The position numbers and the translations under genes are program-made. From the IMG/VR virus record IMGVR_UViG_3300013006_000018: a stretch of DNA of 64,000 nucleotides; one strand, written 5' to 3'. The notes under the pieces were generated by a model, which was not told the origin of the DNA, did not search any database, and worked only from the letters and a program-made list of their open reading frames with translations. This DNA comes from a virus. Positions 42,363-51,608 of this stretch are shown in pieces (positions within the stretch are counted from its first letter, which is position 1; every line of letters begins with the position of its first letter).

Positions 42363-43256
42363 TTAAATAAATCCTATAGGATTAATACTACCGATACCAT
42401 TTTGAAAGGTTGTAACTCTCGGTATAGCTCCTTGCTGTATACGGTTAATGATATCTGAAAGAGCAAGGTAATTGTTGTTTTCAACAGTATAGTTTGTGTA
42501 TGTCCAGCGAGTCGCATATGTATCTAACCTTTCACTTTCATATTCGAGTGTTTCTTCCTGTACATTATAGGGTACACAGTTATAGAAAGTCCATATCTTG
42601 CGGGGTACCATAGAGATGGCTCTTAATGTTCTGGTGTATTGAAATATTTGAATGTTACATTTTATATTTTTATCATCTCTTTTTTCGCCTGTATCTCCAG
42701 GGCGAGCTACCATCCCATAATGGGATGCAAGAATAGTCCAAGGTCTAATAACGAAATCAATAAATGAGGTGTTGGTCTCTCTAAAATCAATAACTAATGA
42801 CGGTGGTTCTGTGCTTCTTCTTCCACCGAGTATACCAGGTAAGTAACCTCTATTGTTTGATATTACGGAAGATTCAGGATCGAAGCTTTCAGTTGGTATA
42901 GTTACTGAGCTTGCAAATAAACAACCAATAACCTTTTGATAAAAAAGACTAGTTAGGAGTGTGGTAGCTGGATTAATGTCAAACCCCCGTTTACCACCAT
43001 CAATTCGTTCTAATCCTTGAATAATGCTTGTACGTAAAGCCTTTGGATAGTTATCAACTACAATAACCCACTGGGTAGATGTCGGAATAGCGGTAAACCA
43101 CGATTCCATTTGCACGAGAAAGTAATCTCGTACACTTATTATTGGTACAGCAGGTAGATTAAAGCCGAATAGATTACCAAACTGCGGAGCAAACGTGAAT
43201 TGATTAAAGTTTTGACCAATACCTGCTAGAAAAGAACTATTGGGATCACTTATCAC
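42363..43256 (-). CDS. Tail-tube initiator/baseplate subunit (gp54/gp19 family)
   Basis: SVTIP...LVIDFRET...IQIFQY...WTFYNCVPYNV tube fold; adjacent to gp19. Confidence 0.65.
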   Translation of the reverse strand: MISDPNSSFLAGIGQNFNQFTFAPQFGNLFGFNLPAVPIISVRDYFLVQMESWFTAIPTSTQWVIVVDNYPKALRTSIIQGLERIDGGKRGFDINPATTLLTSLFYQKVIGCLFASSVTIPTESFDPESSVISNNRGYLPGILGGRRSTEPPSLVIDFRETNTSFIDFVIRPWTILASHYGMVARPGDTGEKRDDKNIKCNIQIFQYTRTLRAISMVPRKIWTFYNCVPYNVQEETLEYESERLDTYATRWTYTNYTVENNNYLALSDIINRIQQGAIPRVTTFQNGIGSINPIGFI

Positions 43257-43295
43257 CTAATTATTTATCAGGTAAATTTAGTTTAACCTTGAGGT

Positions 43296-43841
43296 TTATT
43301 GAAGTTTATAGTAATGAAACGCAAGGGTGGCAGTAAACTCTATTGTATCACCTGTTCCAGTGGCAATATTATAGGTTAAAGCCCCTACTTGTCTAGGAGA
43401 AACACCTACTAATTGATACTGCTGGACTCTATTTAATTGGTTATCGAGCTGTACTAGGTCAATAACTGATGTTTGATTGGGGGTAAAGTAGTTACCAGTA
43501 CTTGTCGCATCATCAAAGGTATCACGCGTCCATTGTTCAAACTTTTGACGGATCTGTGAGTTTGAATCAGCATAAAACGTTACATCCCATGCTTCACTTC
43601 CAGGGTAAGTAGCGGTACCAGGAATATTAAAATTAAGTCCCATGTATGGAACCGCAACGTTTGTTATAGCACGGGCTGGTAGTGTTGTTGATTTGATATA
43701 AACTAGATCGTTATTATCAAAACTAACACCACTTGCTCCACCGGCATTAATGTTTAATACGCGAAAGTTAAAATCACGCGCAAATTCTCTTGAGGTTGCT
43801 ACTCTGTAGAAGTCAGTAATAAGTTGATTTACATCGGCCAT
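43296..43841 (-). CDS. Tail tube protein gp19
   Basis: TLPARAITNVAVPYMG...PG...WDVTFY...IRQKFEQW...QLD...YQLVGVSP...EFTATLAFHY. Confidence 0.9.
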   Translation of the reverse strand: MADVNQLITDFYRVATSREFARDFNFRVLNINAGGASGVSFDNNDLVYIKSTTLPARAITNVAVPYMGLNFNIPGTATYPGSEAWDVTFYADSNSQIRQKFEQWTRDTFDDATSTGNYFTPNQTSVIDLVQLDNQLNRVQQYQLVGVSPRQVGALTYNIATGTGDTIEFTATLAFHYYKLQ

Positions 43842-43846
43842 AGAAT

Positions 43847-43854
43847 TATTTATC
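43847..43854 (-). promoter_or_regulatory. Late promoter for gp19
   Basis: GATAAATA 5 nt before ATG. Confidence 0.75.
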
Positions 43855-43856
43855 CT

Positions 43857-46142
43857 TTAGGTTACAATCTCCTGGAAGTTTGTACCGGTACGTGTCGCAT
43901 AGAAGTTACAAAGGATAAATTCTGCTGTACGAACCGGTTTAACATAGATATCTACAATTAAAGTACCGTCATCAACAATGTCAGGTGTATTATTACGTTC
44001 ATCGCAAATAATGAGATAATCGTATATACCTTGCGTGTTTTTCGCGTTATCAAATATAGGAGTAATTGTATTTATTACATTTGTACGTGTGAATAATGTG
44101 TTTGGTTCAAACACGAAGAATTTAACAGTATCGCGTGTTCTATTTTCCAAGCTTAAGAACAATCTGCGTACATTAATACGATCGAATACGCTAGGTTTCT
44201 GCTGTAAGGTCTTTTGTCCAAAGATTACAAAGCCTTCTGCAGGGAAGAACGCAACTGGATTAATACCAATCTTATAAAGCTGGTCTCTCTGCTTTTGCTT
44301 TGGATAAAACGCCAGGTCATTCAATCCTGTTACTATACCGCGTGTAAAGCCGGCTGGTGCATACCATGGTTGATATGTTGAGTCTGTATTTGCGAAGTTT
44401 GCAGCTGCAAACCCTGAGAATGGGACCCATATTTGCTGGTTTGTAACAACATCAACGGTGCGACCACAGTTAGCAAATGTACAAACGAAGCTTGAATCAA
44501 TAGCGCTAAACTGGTTACGTAAGGGCCAGTACAGATTTGTTGAAAAGGCCTTAGTGGGGTCATCTAAAGTTTTAACATTCTGCCCTTGTACGAAGATGTT
44601 TGTAATAGCATCAGCAATAAAAATATGATCTTTGCGCTTGTTACCTGCAAAATTAATAAATTCATTAGCTACTGCCAAGTAGTTTTGTACGACTACTGGT
44701 AATGTCTGTAGATCTGATGCGCTTAATGCATTGATGGCACCGTAGACTACAGAATCATCAAAGTATGTGTCGGTTAAAGGATTAAAGGAGTTTAAATATA
44801 CAGTACCTAACCCGGCTTCTACTGAAATATTGATTGGATAAACATCAGAATTATCGAGCTTATCAAAGGCCGCTGCTAATTTAGCAGGTACATTACCGAT
44901 TACCTTGGTAGTAAGATCGGTACTTTCGAAATCACCTAAAGCAAACAACGAGTTTGTTGCACCATAAGTCTCAATAAACCCTTGAACCGTGGCTGACGGT
45001 GCGCCGAGTCTTGTTTCATATGTATCAGATGCTTCTTCTGCAAGCGGTGTTGCCATGCTCTCACTCAAGAAGCGTACCATCTTCGACGGTACACCTGAAA
45101 GATTCAACCAGGTTGTAGTAGCTTTATTGGAAATATAAGGGTTAATGAGCATCGTAACATTGAGCGATGTATCATCAAGATTTTCTAGGAAGAAGCTTGT
45201 TGCGGGTCCACCATTTACGCTATTTATTTGCCTGTAGTTATCAAAAGAGCCTACAAAACTTTCTTCTAAAACATAATCAAGGGCTATTGTATCGGGTGAA
45301 AATACAGATTGACGCAGTTTAAATAAACCAAATACCACTGTATCATTATACTGATTTGTGTAAAGGTTAAATGAAGGTATATTTTCCAGTACTTCCGATA
45401 CACTACCAGCAACGCCTGCAGGTGTAGCGCTAAGCGGGAAGTTTAATCTAATACTAGGAATATCGATATAATTATCGATAACGATGTCAGTTGAATTAAT
45501 TGTTTTAATTGCATTAACATCATTAAAAGGGGTTGCGGGGTTTAAATTACTGTTATCAATTATACCGACATAGTAACCTTCATATCTTGAATTGATTGAC
45601 GATTGAGATTTATTGAGTACAATAAGACCTGCAGCACTTAAGGAGGTTACTGTTTCGAACACTCCAACGCCTTTAGTATCTGGTGACCAGTTAAAGGCAT
45701 CACCTCTTAAGATATTGAGATATTCAACTTCTGAAAGTTTTAAGTGCGTCGGTTTACCGAAATAATAATGTGAATTTGCTGTTGTAAGGCTTGTGCTCGA
45801 AGCACTGGCGACATACGACACTACAGGGTATACTAAAGCGCTATAATTTTGTGTTGTTCCGACACCTGCGCCGCCACCGTAAGGCAAACGATAGATTAAT
45901 ACATCGGCAGGACTTTGGAACACTGCTTTTACAGTGTGGTAGAAATATCTTTCAGCAGCATTTGTAGGTTGTCCGAAAATTTGTTCAAATTGAGAAAGAC
46001 TTGCAATCTTAAAGGGTTCTGAAACAGGTCCTTTAGCTGCAAAACCTGGAACAAAGACTGTCGTTGCGGCTGGTCCTATAGCTGCAAGTGAAAGGTCAAC
46101 TTCTTTAATTTCAACACCGGGGCTCTGGATCGTACGTGCCAT
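43857..46142 (-). CDS. Tail sheath protein gp18
   Basis: SPGVEIKEVDLS, PWYAPAGFTRG, RDQLYKIGINP, GQKTL...FDRINVRRLF, FEPN, KPVRTAEFI. Confidence 0.95.
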   Translation of the reverse strand: MARTIQSPGVEIKEVDLSLAAIGPAATTVFVPGFAAKGPVSEPFKIASLSQFEQIFGQPTNAAERYFYHTVKAVFQSPADVLIYRLPYGGGAGVGTTQNYSALVYPVVSYVASASSTSLTTANSHYYFGKPTHLKLSEVEYLNILRGDAFNWSPDTKGVGVFETVTSLSAAGLIVLNKSQSSINSRYEGYYVGIIDNSNLNPATPFNDVNAIKTINSTDIVIDNYIDIPSIRLNFPLSATPAGVAGSVSEVLENIPSFNLYTNQYNDTVVFGLFKLRQSVFSPDTIALDYVLEESFVGSFDNYRQINSVNGGPATSFFLENLDDTSLNVTMLINPYISNKATTTWLNLSGVPSKMVRFLSESMATPLAEEASDTYETRLGAPSATVQGFIETYGATNSLFALGDFESTDLTTKVIGNVPAKLAAAFDKLDNSDVYPINISVEAGLGTVYLNSFNPLTDTYFDDSVVYGAINALSASDLQTLPVVVQNYLAVANEFINFAGNKRKDHIFIADAITNIFVQGQNVKTLDDPTKAFSTNLYWPLRNQFSAIDSSFVCTFANCGRTVDVVTNQQIWVPFSGFAAANFANTDSTYQPWYAPAGFTRGIVTGLNDLAFYPKQKQRDQLYKIGINPVAFFPAEGFVIFGQKTLQQKPSVFDRINVRRLFLSLENRTRDTVKFFVFEPNTLFTRTNVINTITPIFDNAKNTQGIYDYLIICDERNNTPDIVDDGTLIVDIYVKPVRTAEFILCNFYATRTGTNFQEIVT

Positions 46143-46148
46143 ATAAAG

Positions 46149-46156
46149 TATTTATG
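46149..46156 (-). promoter_or_regulatory. Late promoter for gp18
   Basis: CATAAATA 6 nt before ATG. Confidence 0.75.
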
Positions 46157-46186
46157 TTTTTTTGGATAAAGTTTTACAAATTTTTA

Positions 46187-46831
46187 TTACAAGTCTATAT
46201 CTTTTACAAGAGACACGTAAAACTGCGAATAACTAAATGCAAAACTTGTTTCTATTTCAGAACCATCACGGTAATTGAAATTTACACCTCCAAGAAATGT
46301 CGGAAAAGCCTTATAATATTTAAATTGTACAGTTTTTTTGTTGTATTCGTCCAAGGCATATATAGATATATCCGATCTGTAGTTTAAATTTATATTGTTT
46401 ACATTATTATTGTCAGGCTTTGCAATACCATATTCTGCAAGCGCTTGCTTAGTCTTTGTCAGGTCATTTATATCATATGTACCTTCCCTCTCGTCATTAA
46501 ACAAATTTAACCATGTATAAATGACCCAGTAATTATTAAATCTATTATCAACAGTAAAATTTACAACCATAGGCGGATAGGGATTACGACTGTAACTGCT
46601 TGTTGTAAGTGTTTGGCCACTATAACGAACCGTTGAAGCACTGATCTCTATGTCTGGTACTATAATACCAAAGACTGAAAACTGTAATGTATCGGGTATA
46701 ATGATTTCGTTACTTCTAACATCTTTTGTAGAGATTTGTTTTAATGCAGGGGGTACATTAAACGACATTAAAAATTTATCGCGCCGTGACTTATTGAGAG
46801 GGCTCTGATTTAAAGGTGTAAGATCGGGCAT
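46187..46831 (-). CDS. Tail tube terminator/completion protein gp3-like
   Basis: LQFSVFGIIVPDI...VNFTVDNRFNNY..IYTW...YYKAFPTFLGG...FAFSY. Confidence 0.75.
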   Translation of the reverse strand: MPDLTPLNQSPLNKSRRDKFLMSFNVPPALKQISTKDVRSNEIIIPDTLQFSVFGIIVPDIEISASTVRYSGQTLTTSSYSRNPYPPMVVNFTVDNRFNNYWVIYTWLNLFNDEREGTYDINDLTKTKQALAEYGIAKPDNNNVNNINLNYRSDISIYALDEYNKKTVQFKYYKAFPTFLGGVNFNYRDGSEIETSFAFSYSQFYVSLVKDIDL

Positions 46832-46834
46832 ATA

Positions 46835-48541
46835 TTAATTTAATCTTTTCCACCCTTGAGATTCTAAATCTTGTAGGTCAGTGTTTGCTTCGTCTTCTCT
46901 ATTTGGGAGTAAAATCGGTAAAGGCTTATAACCACTACTATCTTTTTCATTATTATACATAGAATCTGGATTAACGAAATATTTCACACCATAATCTAGG
47001 GCGCGTATTTTGAGAGGTTTTTTGTTTGTATCTAACTCAACAACCTCAAAGAACTTTTCTGCTAATTCATTTTCTAGTATTATCAAAGCCCATATTAAGC
47101 TCATGACTCTGTCGTCCTGCATATCAGCACCAGGTTTTGCGGCCCAAGTGCCGTTGGGGTAACGAATAAAATCTCTTAATTCGTTTAAAGTTTTAAGATC
47201 ATGAATTTTGACAGCGTTAAGCTCATTTATCCAGTAACGCATATTCATAACACCCTTATATTTGGTATTCGTATGCGCGCTTATTCCGGCCTTTTTAAAT
47301 TCAGCTGAGCCAGCCTTGGTGCCGTATGAAACTATATTATCGTAATTTAGAGTAAATTTTAATTGATCAACAACTTGCGCACCACAATTATTTCTTTCTA
47401 TCATGGCTAGGGGCGACCCCCAATGCTTGAGAATTTCATGGAGCTTAGAAGTAAAGTTATATGGTGATATCTGTTTGTTGTGATAGGTAGCCACTTGTTC
47501 AATATTCTTTAAGTCCGTAATATCAAATATCTGTACAACACTAGCTGCCTCGCCGACACCTTCACTCACATCAACCCCTACTACATAAATTGATTCTTGC
47601 TTGGGTTCAGCCCATAAAAGATATTTTCCTTCATCATAAATAAATTTCGGTTCAAAGCATTCCGCTTTAAGCTTTTCAAACATGTTGTCATTAATCGAAC
47701 TTTCACCTGATTGAAAGAATACATTTCCGTACTCCTGGTCGAACGCGTCCTTGGTGCCTATTGATTTTGTTGTTAATGCTTTCCATTCTTCATCTCTGCC
47801 AGGTATTTCCCACCAATCAACCCGCTCCGCCCTCCAGCCATTTTTTTCCTCAAAAGCACCTGTGTATATTTCATGGAAAAGATTGCCTGTGCCGTTTGGT
47901 GTACTTGCAATAAAGATTTTAGATTTCTTGGAACTCGAAATAATAGGATAAACTGATTTCCAGAATTCTTCTACAAGATGATTATCAATAAACGCCAACT
48001 CGTCGAGGATTACGCAATTTACCGATTCACCTCGACCCGCATCGCTACTAGTTGTTGATATACCAATGCTGCTGCCGTTGCCTAAAGTCATAGAAGTTTT
48101 ACCGTACTCTACAGCCCCTGGTTTTAAGTAATTTGGTAGCTGTTCATATGCGATTCTCACGCGTTTAAAAATATTGATCGCGGTCTGCTCTTTATTAGCT
48201 ACAATTAATACCCGCTGATCTTCATGAAAACAAGCCAGCCAAAGGGCATATATAGTCATAACCGTTGTTTTACCTATTTGACGCGAAGCTAGTAGAACTA
48301 CAAATCTATTATCTCTTAATGATCTTAATACGCGTTTTTGACAGGAAAACAGTTCAATCTTAATTTTACCTTGGTCGAGATTAACTATGTAGAAAAAGTT
48401 TTCTGCAAAATACAATATATTCTTAGTACATTTTTGTATATCCTTGATCCATTGCGGGTTACTAGCATAATCAAAGGTAGCGGCTGGCCTAGGTAAATTA
48501 ACGTTGCCTAAATAAAATTGTTTTTCATTTTTTGGAGGCAT
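46835..48541 (-). CDS. Terminase large subunit gp17
   Basis: ASRQIGKT Walker A, ILDELAF Walker B, STPNG, FDQEYG, GVDVSEG, DDRVMS. Confidence 0.95.
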   Translation of the reverse strand: MPPKNEKQFYLGNVNLPRPAATFDYASNPQWIKDIQKCTKNILYFAENFFYIVNLDQGKIKIELFSCQKRVLRSLRDNRFVVLLASRQIGKTTVMTIYALWLACFHEDQRVLIVANKEQTAINIFKRVRIAYEQLPNYLKPGAVEYGKTSMTLGNGSSIGISTTSSDAGRGESVNCVILDELAFIDNHLVEEFWKSVYPIISSSKKSKIFIASTPNGTGNLFHEIYTGAFEEKNGWRAERVDWWEIPGRDEEWKALTTKSIGTKDAFDQEYGNVFFQSGESSINDNMFEKLKAECFEPKFIYDEGKYLLWAEPKQESIYVVGVDVSEGVGEAASVVQIFDITDLKNIEQVATYHNKQISPYNFTSKLHEILKHWGSPLAMIERNNCGAQVVDQLKFTLNYDNIVSYGTKAGSAEFKKAGISAHTNTKYKGVMNMRYWINELNAVKIHDLKTLNELRDFIRYPNGTWAAKPGADMQDDRVMSLIWALIILENELAEKFFEVVELDTNKKPLKIRALDYGVKYFVNPDSMYNNEKDSSGYKPLPILLPNREDEANTDLQDLESQGWKRLN

Positions 48542-48546
48542 ATTAT

Positions 48547-48560
48547 TATAAATATTTAAG
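48547..48560. promoter_or_regulatory. Overlapping divergent late promoters (TerL / 48560 gene)
   Basis: TATAAATA (+) and CTTAAATA (-) share the palindrome TAAATATTTA. Confidence 0.7.
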
Positions 48561-49396
48561 TGAATACCGCAAATACACTAGTAGACATTGGTTTGTTATA
48601 TGAAAAAACAGTTACAAAGAATACACCTTATAGGCCTGCCTATACTTTTAAGAAGGAAACAAATAAGAAAGTAGTTGATGCCAAAACAGACCCCAAGGCG
48701 TTCATAAAAGACACAGGCCCTGAGGCTGCAGAAAATTTTGACAAAGAAGCGCTGGTGGACCCAGAACATGATACAAAAGGCGATAATCATTTTCAGCCTA
48801 AAAAATATTCACAAAATTTAGAGAAAACAGAAGTTAAAAGCATAAATAATTCTATGAACAATAAGTCTATTTTCGATAAACTATACGAGGAAGTGCTCGG
48901 TGGGGAACCTACAGCACATGATGATATGGCTGATGCAGAAGCATTAGACATTAACATCGGTAAAGAAGAAGAAGGCAGCGATGTAACATTTACATTGCCC
49001 CGTGAAGTTGCACAACAACTTTGTGACGTTCTTCATTCTGCTTTAGGAAGTGGTGAAGAAGACATGGATGGTGAAGAAGATTTAGATGGTGGAATGGATG
49101 CCCCCGGCGGCGAACAAAAAGAAGATATGATAGGCGGAGGAGCTGATGTTTCACGTGAAGCTACTGAAATGACAGAATTAAAGCCCTCTGCTGGTGAATC
49201 CTTGATGAAAAAGGACAATAAAGTCCACGGGACAGTATCTAACTTAGTAAGCAAAGGTCATGGAGATGGAAAAGTTACTGATAAGGTAGGCAACGATGGT
49301 ACCTTGGCAGATAGCAAAGGAAAGACACTTACAGGTAAGAACAATAAGGTGGCTGGCAAAGCGTCTAACGTAGGTCAGTATATCTACCAAAAATAA
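48560..49396 (+). CDS. Acidic low-complexity late protein (candidate internal head/core protein) with nested start at 48854
   Basis: TATAAATA-5nt-GTG; D/E/G/K-rich; followed by a terminator. Confidence 0.65.
   Translation: MNTANTLVDIGLLYEKTVTKNTPYRPAYTFKKETNKKVVDAKTDPKAFIKDTGPEAAENFDKEALVDPEHDTKGDNHFQPKKYSQNLEKTEVKSINNSMNNKSIFDKLYEEVLGGEPTAHDDMADAEALDINIGKEEEGSDVTFTLPREVAQQLCDVLHSALGSGEEDMDGEEDLDGGMDAPGGEQKEDMIGGGADVSREATEMTELKPSAGESLMKKDNKVHGTVSNLVSKGHGDGKVTDKVGNDGTLADSKGKTLTGKNNKVAGKASNVGQYIYQK
48841..48848 (+). promoter_or_regulatory. Intragenic late promoter
   Basis: CATAAATA-ATTCT-ATG; in-frame start at 48854. Confidence 0.65.
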
Positions 49397-49419
49397 ATAG
49401 TAAGAATAGACTTAAAAAG

Positions 49420-49451
49420 AAAGAGCCTAACGTAAGTTAGGCTCTTTTTTT
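49420..49451 (+). terminator. Rho-independent terminator (possibly bidirectional)
   Basis: AAAGAGCCTAAC-GTAA-GTTAGGCTCTTT, a 12-bp stem with GNRA loop, followed by a T-run and preceded by an A-run. Confidence 0.9.
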
Positions 49452-49466
49452 GCTTAAATATATTTG

Positions 49467-49838
49467 ATGACCTTTTTAGAATATTATAGATCAGGTGTCG
49501 TCCATAGACATATGAAGGATATTATTCCTGATCCTTCGTCACATTCCCAATCTCCAGGTAAGACTGTACCGGATTATGTACGGACAAAGAAAACAAATAC
49601 AAAATTAGAAGCTATAAAGAACATGGAAGTAGGTAGGTTTGTATATCTCACACCTTTAGACATCAAAGAAATAGAAGGAATGTTCCCTACAAAAGCTGAT
49701 TTATCTACATCTGCTAAGCCTGAAGTGAAAGAGATAGGTAAACCTAACGAAAAAGACGGCACAAGAATAGTACTTAGCTATGATCCCATGGTTAAGAAAT
49801 ATAAACTAACAAAATCAAGAGGTGTTAAAAATGTCTAA
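49467..49838 (+). CDS. Hypothetical late protein
   Basis: CTTAAATA-6nt-ATG; begins MTFLEYY. Confidence 0.6.
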   Translation: MTFLEYYRSGVVHRHMKDIIPDPSSHSQSPGKTVPDYVRTKKTNTKLEAIKNMEVGRFVYLTPLDIKEIEGMFPTKADLSTSAKPEVKEIGKPNEKDGTRIVLSYDPMVKKYKLTKSRGVKNV

Positions 49839-50553
49839 TGATTTTTATACGGGCGGGAACGGTATTCAGACATATCCTATTACACAGCCGATTAATCAAT
49901 GCTTTAGTTTTACAGATAAATCTCAAAACGGTTGCGAACGGCTCATATACTCAAACTACTGGCAGGAGCAAATCAATCTATATGGTCAGAATGTATTGTA
50001 TTTTGTAAATAACTTCAACTTATCGAGTGCGGATAGTTTATACGGTGAAGAACCAACACAGAAGTTTCAAGAGCCTAAGTTTATTAAATTAGGGATCAAT
50101 CTTAACGAAAACGCACTCATGTTGAGCAAGTATGGGTTAATGTCAGAGGATGAAGTTACAGCTTACGTTCATATTTCTGGTTATTATTCAACCTTTGGTT
50201 ATGGAGCAGAACCAAAGTCGGGCGATATCTTTCAATTATATGATTACGGGTTAGATAGACCGGGCGGGAGGAATGGTAGATATTACGAAATAACTGAAAG
50301 ATTAGATCAGGATATAGCACAGATAAACCCACTTGCAGGTCATTATGTATGGTTACTAAAAGCCAAGCGCTTTGAATACTCTTTTGAATTAGGTCTATCA
50401 GGTGCTGCAGATGCAATGAATAACCAGATTTTTGATGATGCTAAAAACACTAGTGTATCGGGTGCTAACAAACCCTATAGTTACAGTGCGGATGCTCAGA
50501 ATATATTTGACTATTCAGCTAGTAACAACGATAGTGTATATGGTGGTTATTAA
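49831..50553 (+). CDS. Neck/head-closure protein gp14-like
   Basis: EQINLYGQNVLY...LYGEEPTQKF...LSKYGLMSEDE...EPKSGDIF...YEIT...YVWLLKAKRFEYS; AGAGGTG SD-like sequence before ATG 49831. Confidence 0.8.
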   Translation: MSNDFYTGGNGIQTYPITQPINQCFSFTDKSQNGCERLIYSNYWQEQINLYGQNVLYFVNNFNLSSADSLYGEEPTQKFQEPKFIKLGINLNENALMLSKYGLMSEDEVTAYVHISGYYSTFGYGAEPKSGDIFQLYDYGLDRPGGRNGRYYEITERLDQDIAQINPLAGHYVWLLKAKRFEYSFELGLSGAADAMNNQIFDDAKNTSVSGANKPYSYSADAQNIFDYSASNNDSVYGGY

Positions 50554-50822
50554 GCGGAAGCAGCTGGCACAACTTCGTTTCTAAAAGACGCAATTAAATT
50601 ATCTGCTTCTCTGGCATTATTAAATTCTAAAAACACAAATTTGCCTGCATTATCCTTTAGTTTATACACAATCATATTTTCCTTTTTAGAAATATTAACA
50701 ATAATGTAAGAGGTGCCGGCAGCTAACTGTCGTTCGTATCTTGTATTTGCAGCATTATTGCTGTCTATTATTACGTTTTTTCTTCTATTGACTGTAAAAT
50801 GGGTGCCAACAATGTAGTGCAT
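50550..50822 (-). CDS. Hypothetical protein
   Basis: 90-aa ORF in a chain of overlapping minus-strand genes. Confidence 0.55.
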   Translation of the reverse strand: MHYIVGTHFTVNRRKNVIIDSNNAANTRYERQLAAGTSYIIVNISKKENMIVYKLKDNAGKFVFLEFNNAREADNLIASFRNEVVPAASA

Positions 50823-51190
50823 AGATCAGACTCCAGTGTATCGGTGAGTTCTAGGTCGATAGGTTCCAATGTGGTGCATAAAACAGGCTTTAATAATGTG
50901 GTGCATAACTTAGGCTCTATAGTATTTATTTCAAAAGTCATTTTTTCAAATCCTGCTACCTCTTCAATCATTGTTTCATACCTTTCGACGATATACTTCT
51001 GAAATGAAAGTGGTTTAATCCAATCACTAGTCTTTTCCATATCGTGCTTGAGCTGCTTAGCCCTTATACTTACGTGATCTAAGGCTTCAATTAGACAAAG
51101 CCATCTACTGTATTCGTGTATTGTAAGTTCGTGTTCTTTTTGACTTGTTGATTTAATTTGTATACTGTTTTTTGAAGATTCCTGTCGCAT
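50771..51190 (-). CDS. Hypothetical protein with 3x LCTTL C-terminal repeat
   Basis: 139-aa ORF. Confidence 0.55.
   Translation of the reverse strand: MRQESSKNSIQIKSTSQKEHELTIHEYSRWLCLIEALDHVSIRAKQLKHDMEKTSDWIKPLSFQKYIVERYETMIEEVAGFEKMTFEINTIEPKLCTTLLKPVLCTTLEPIDLELTDTLESDLCTTLLAPILQSIEEKT
50811..50907. repeat. Three copies of 13-mer AATGTRGTGCATA
   Basis: At 50811-50823, 50868-50880 and 50895-50907. Confidence 0.85.
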
Positions 51191-51608
51191 ATCCCAGTAT
51201 TATAATAGAAATTTCTTTTGGTTCAAGAAGATTATTATTTTTATTAAAAAGATCCATTAGATCACAAAACGTTTCGACTTGAGAAGTAAAATTCTTAAAA
51301 TAACTTCTACAAAGATCCATGACGTCATGTTTTTTTTCCTCGTCCATTGTAGAAGTTTTAATCTTATCTAAAGTATAGTCATGTATTAAGGCAAGAGTAT
51401 TACTAAATATTTCCTTAGAAGTTGAAGCCTCTTTTTTATAATAAAAGAAACTCTGTTCTAATAGTTTACTAAGCTTTTCATCATTTAAATTATAGCGAAG
51501 GAAATCGTAAATTTCTTTTGGGTCTTTCTTTGTAAAAACACGTGATGGTATGAAGGGGTCACCAGCTCGTGCTTCGGATTGGGTTAAAATAGAATCAGGT
51601 ATATTCAT
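51153..51608 (-). CDS. Hypothetical protein
   Basis: 151-aa helical ORF. Confidence 0.55.
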   Translation of the reverse strand: MNIPDSILTQSEARAGDPFIPSRVFTKKDPKEIYDFLRYNLNDEKLSKLLEQSFFYYKKEASTSKEIFSNTLALIHDYTLDKIKTSTMDEEKKHDVMDLCRSYFKNFTSQVETFCDLMDLFNKNNNLLEPKEISIIILGYATGIFKKQYTN

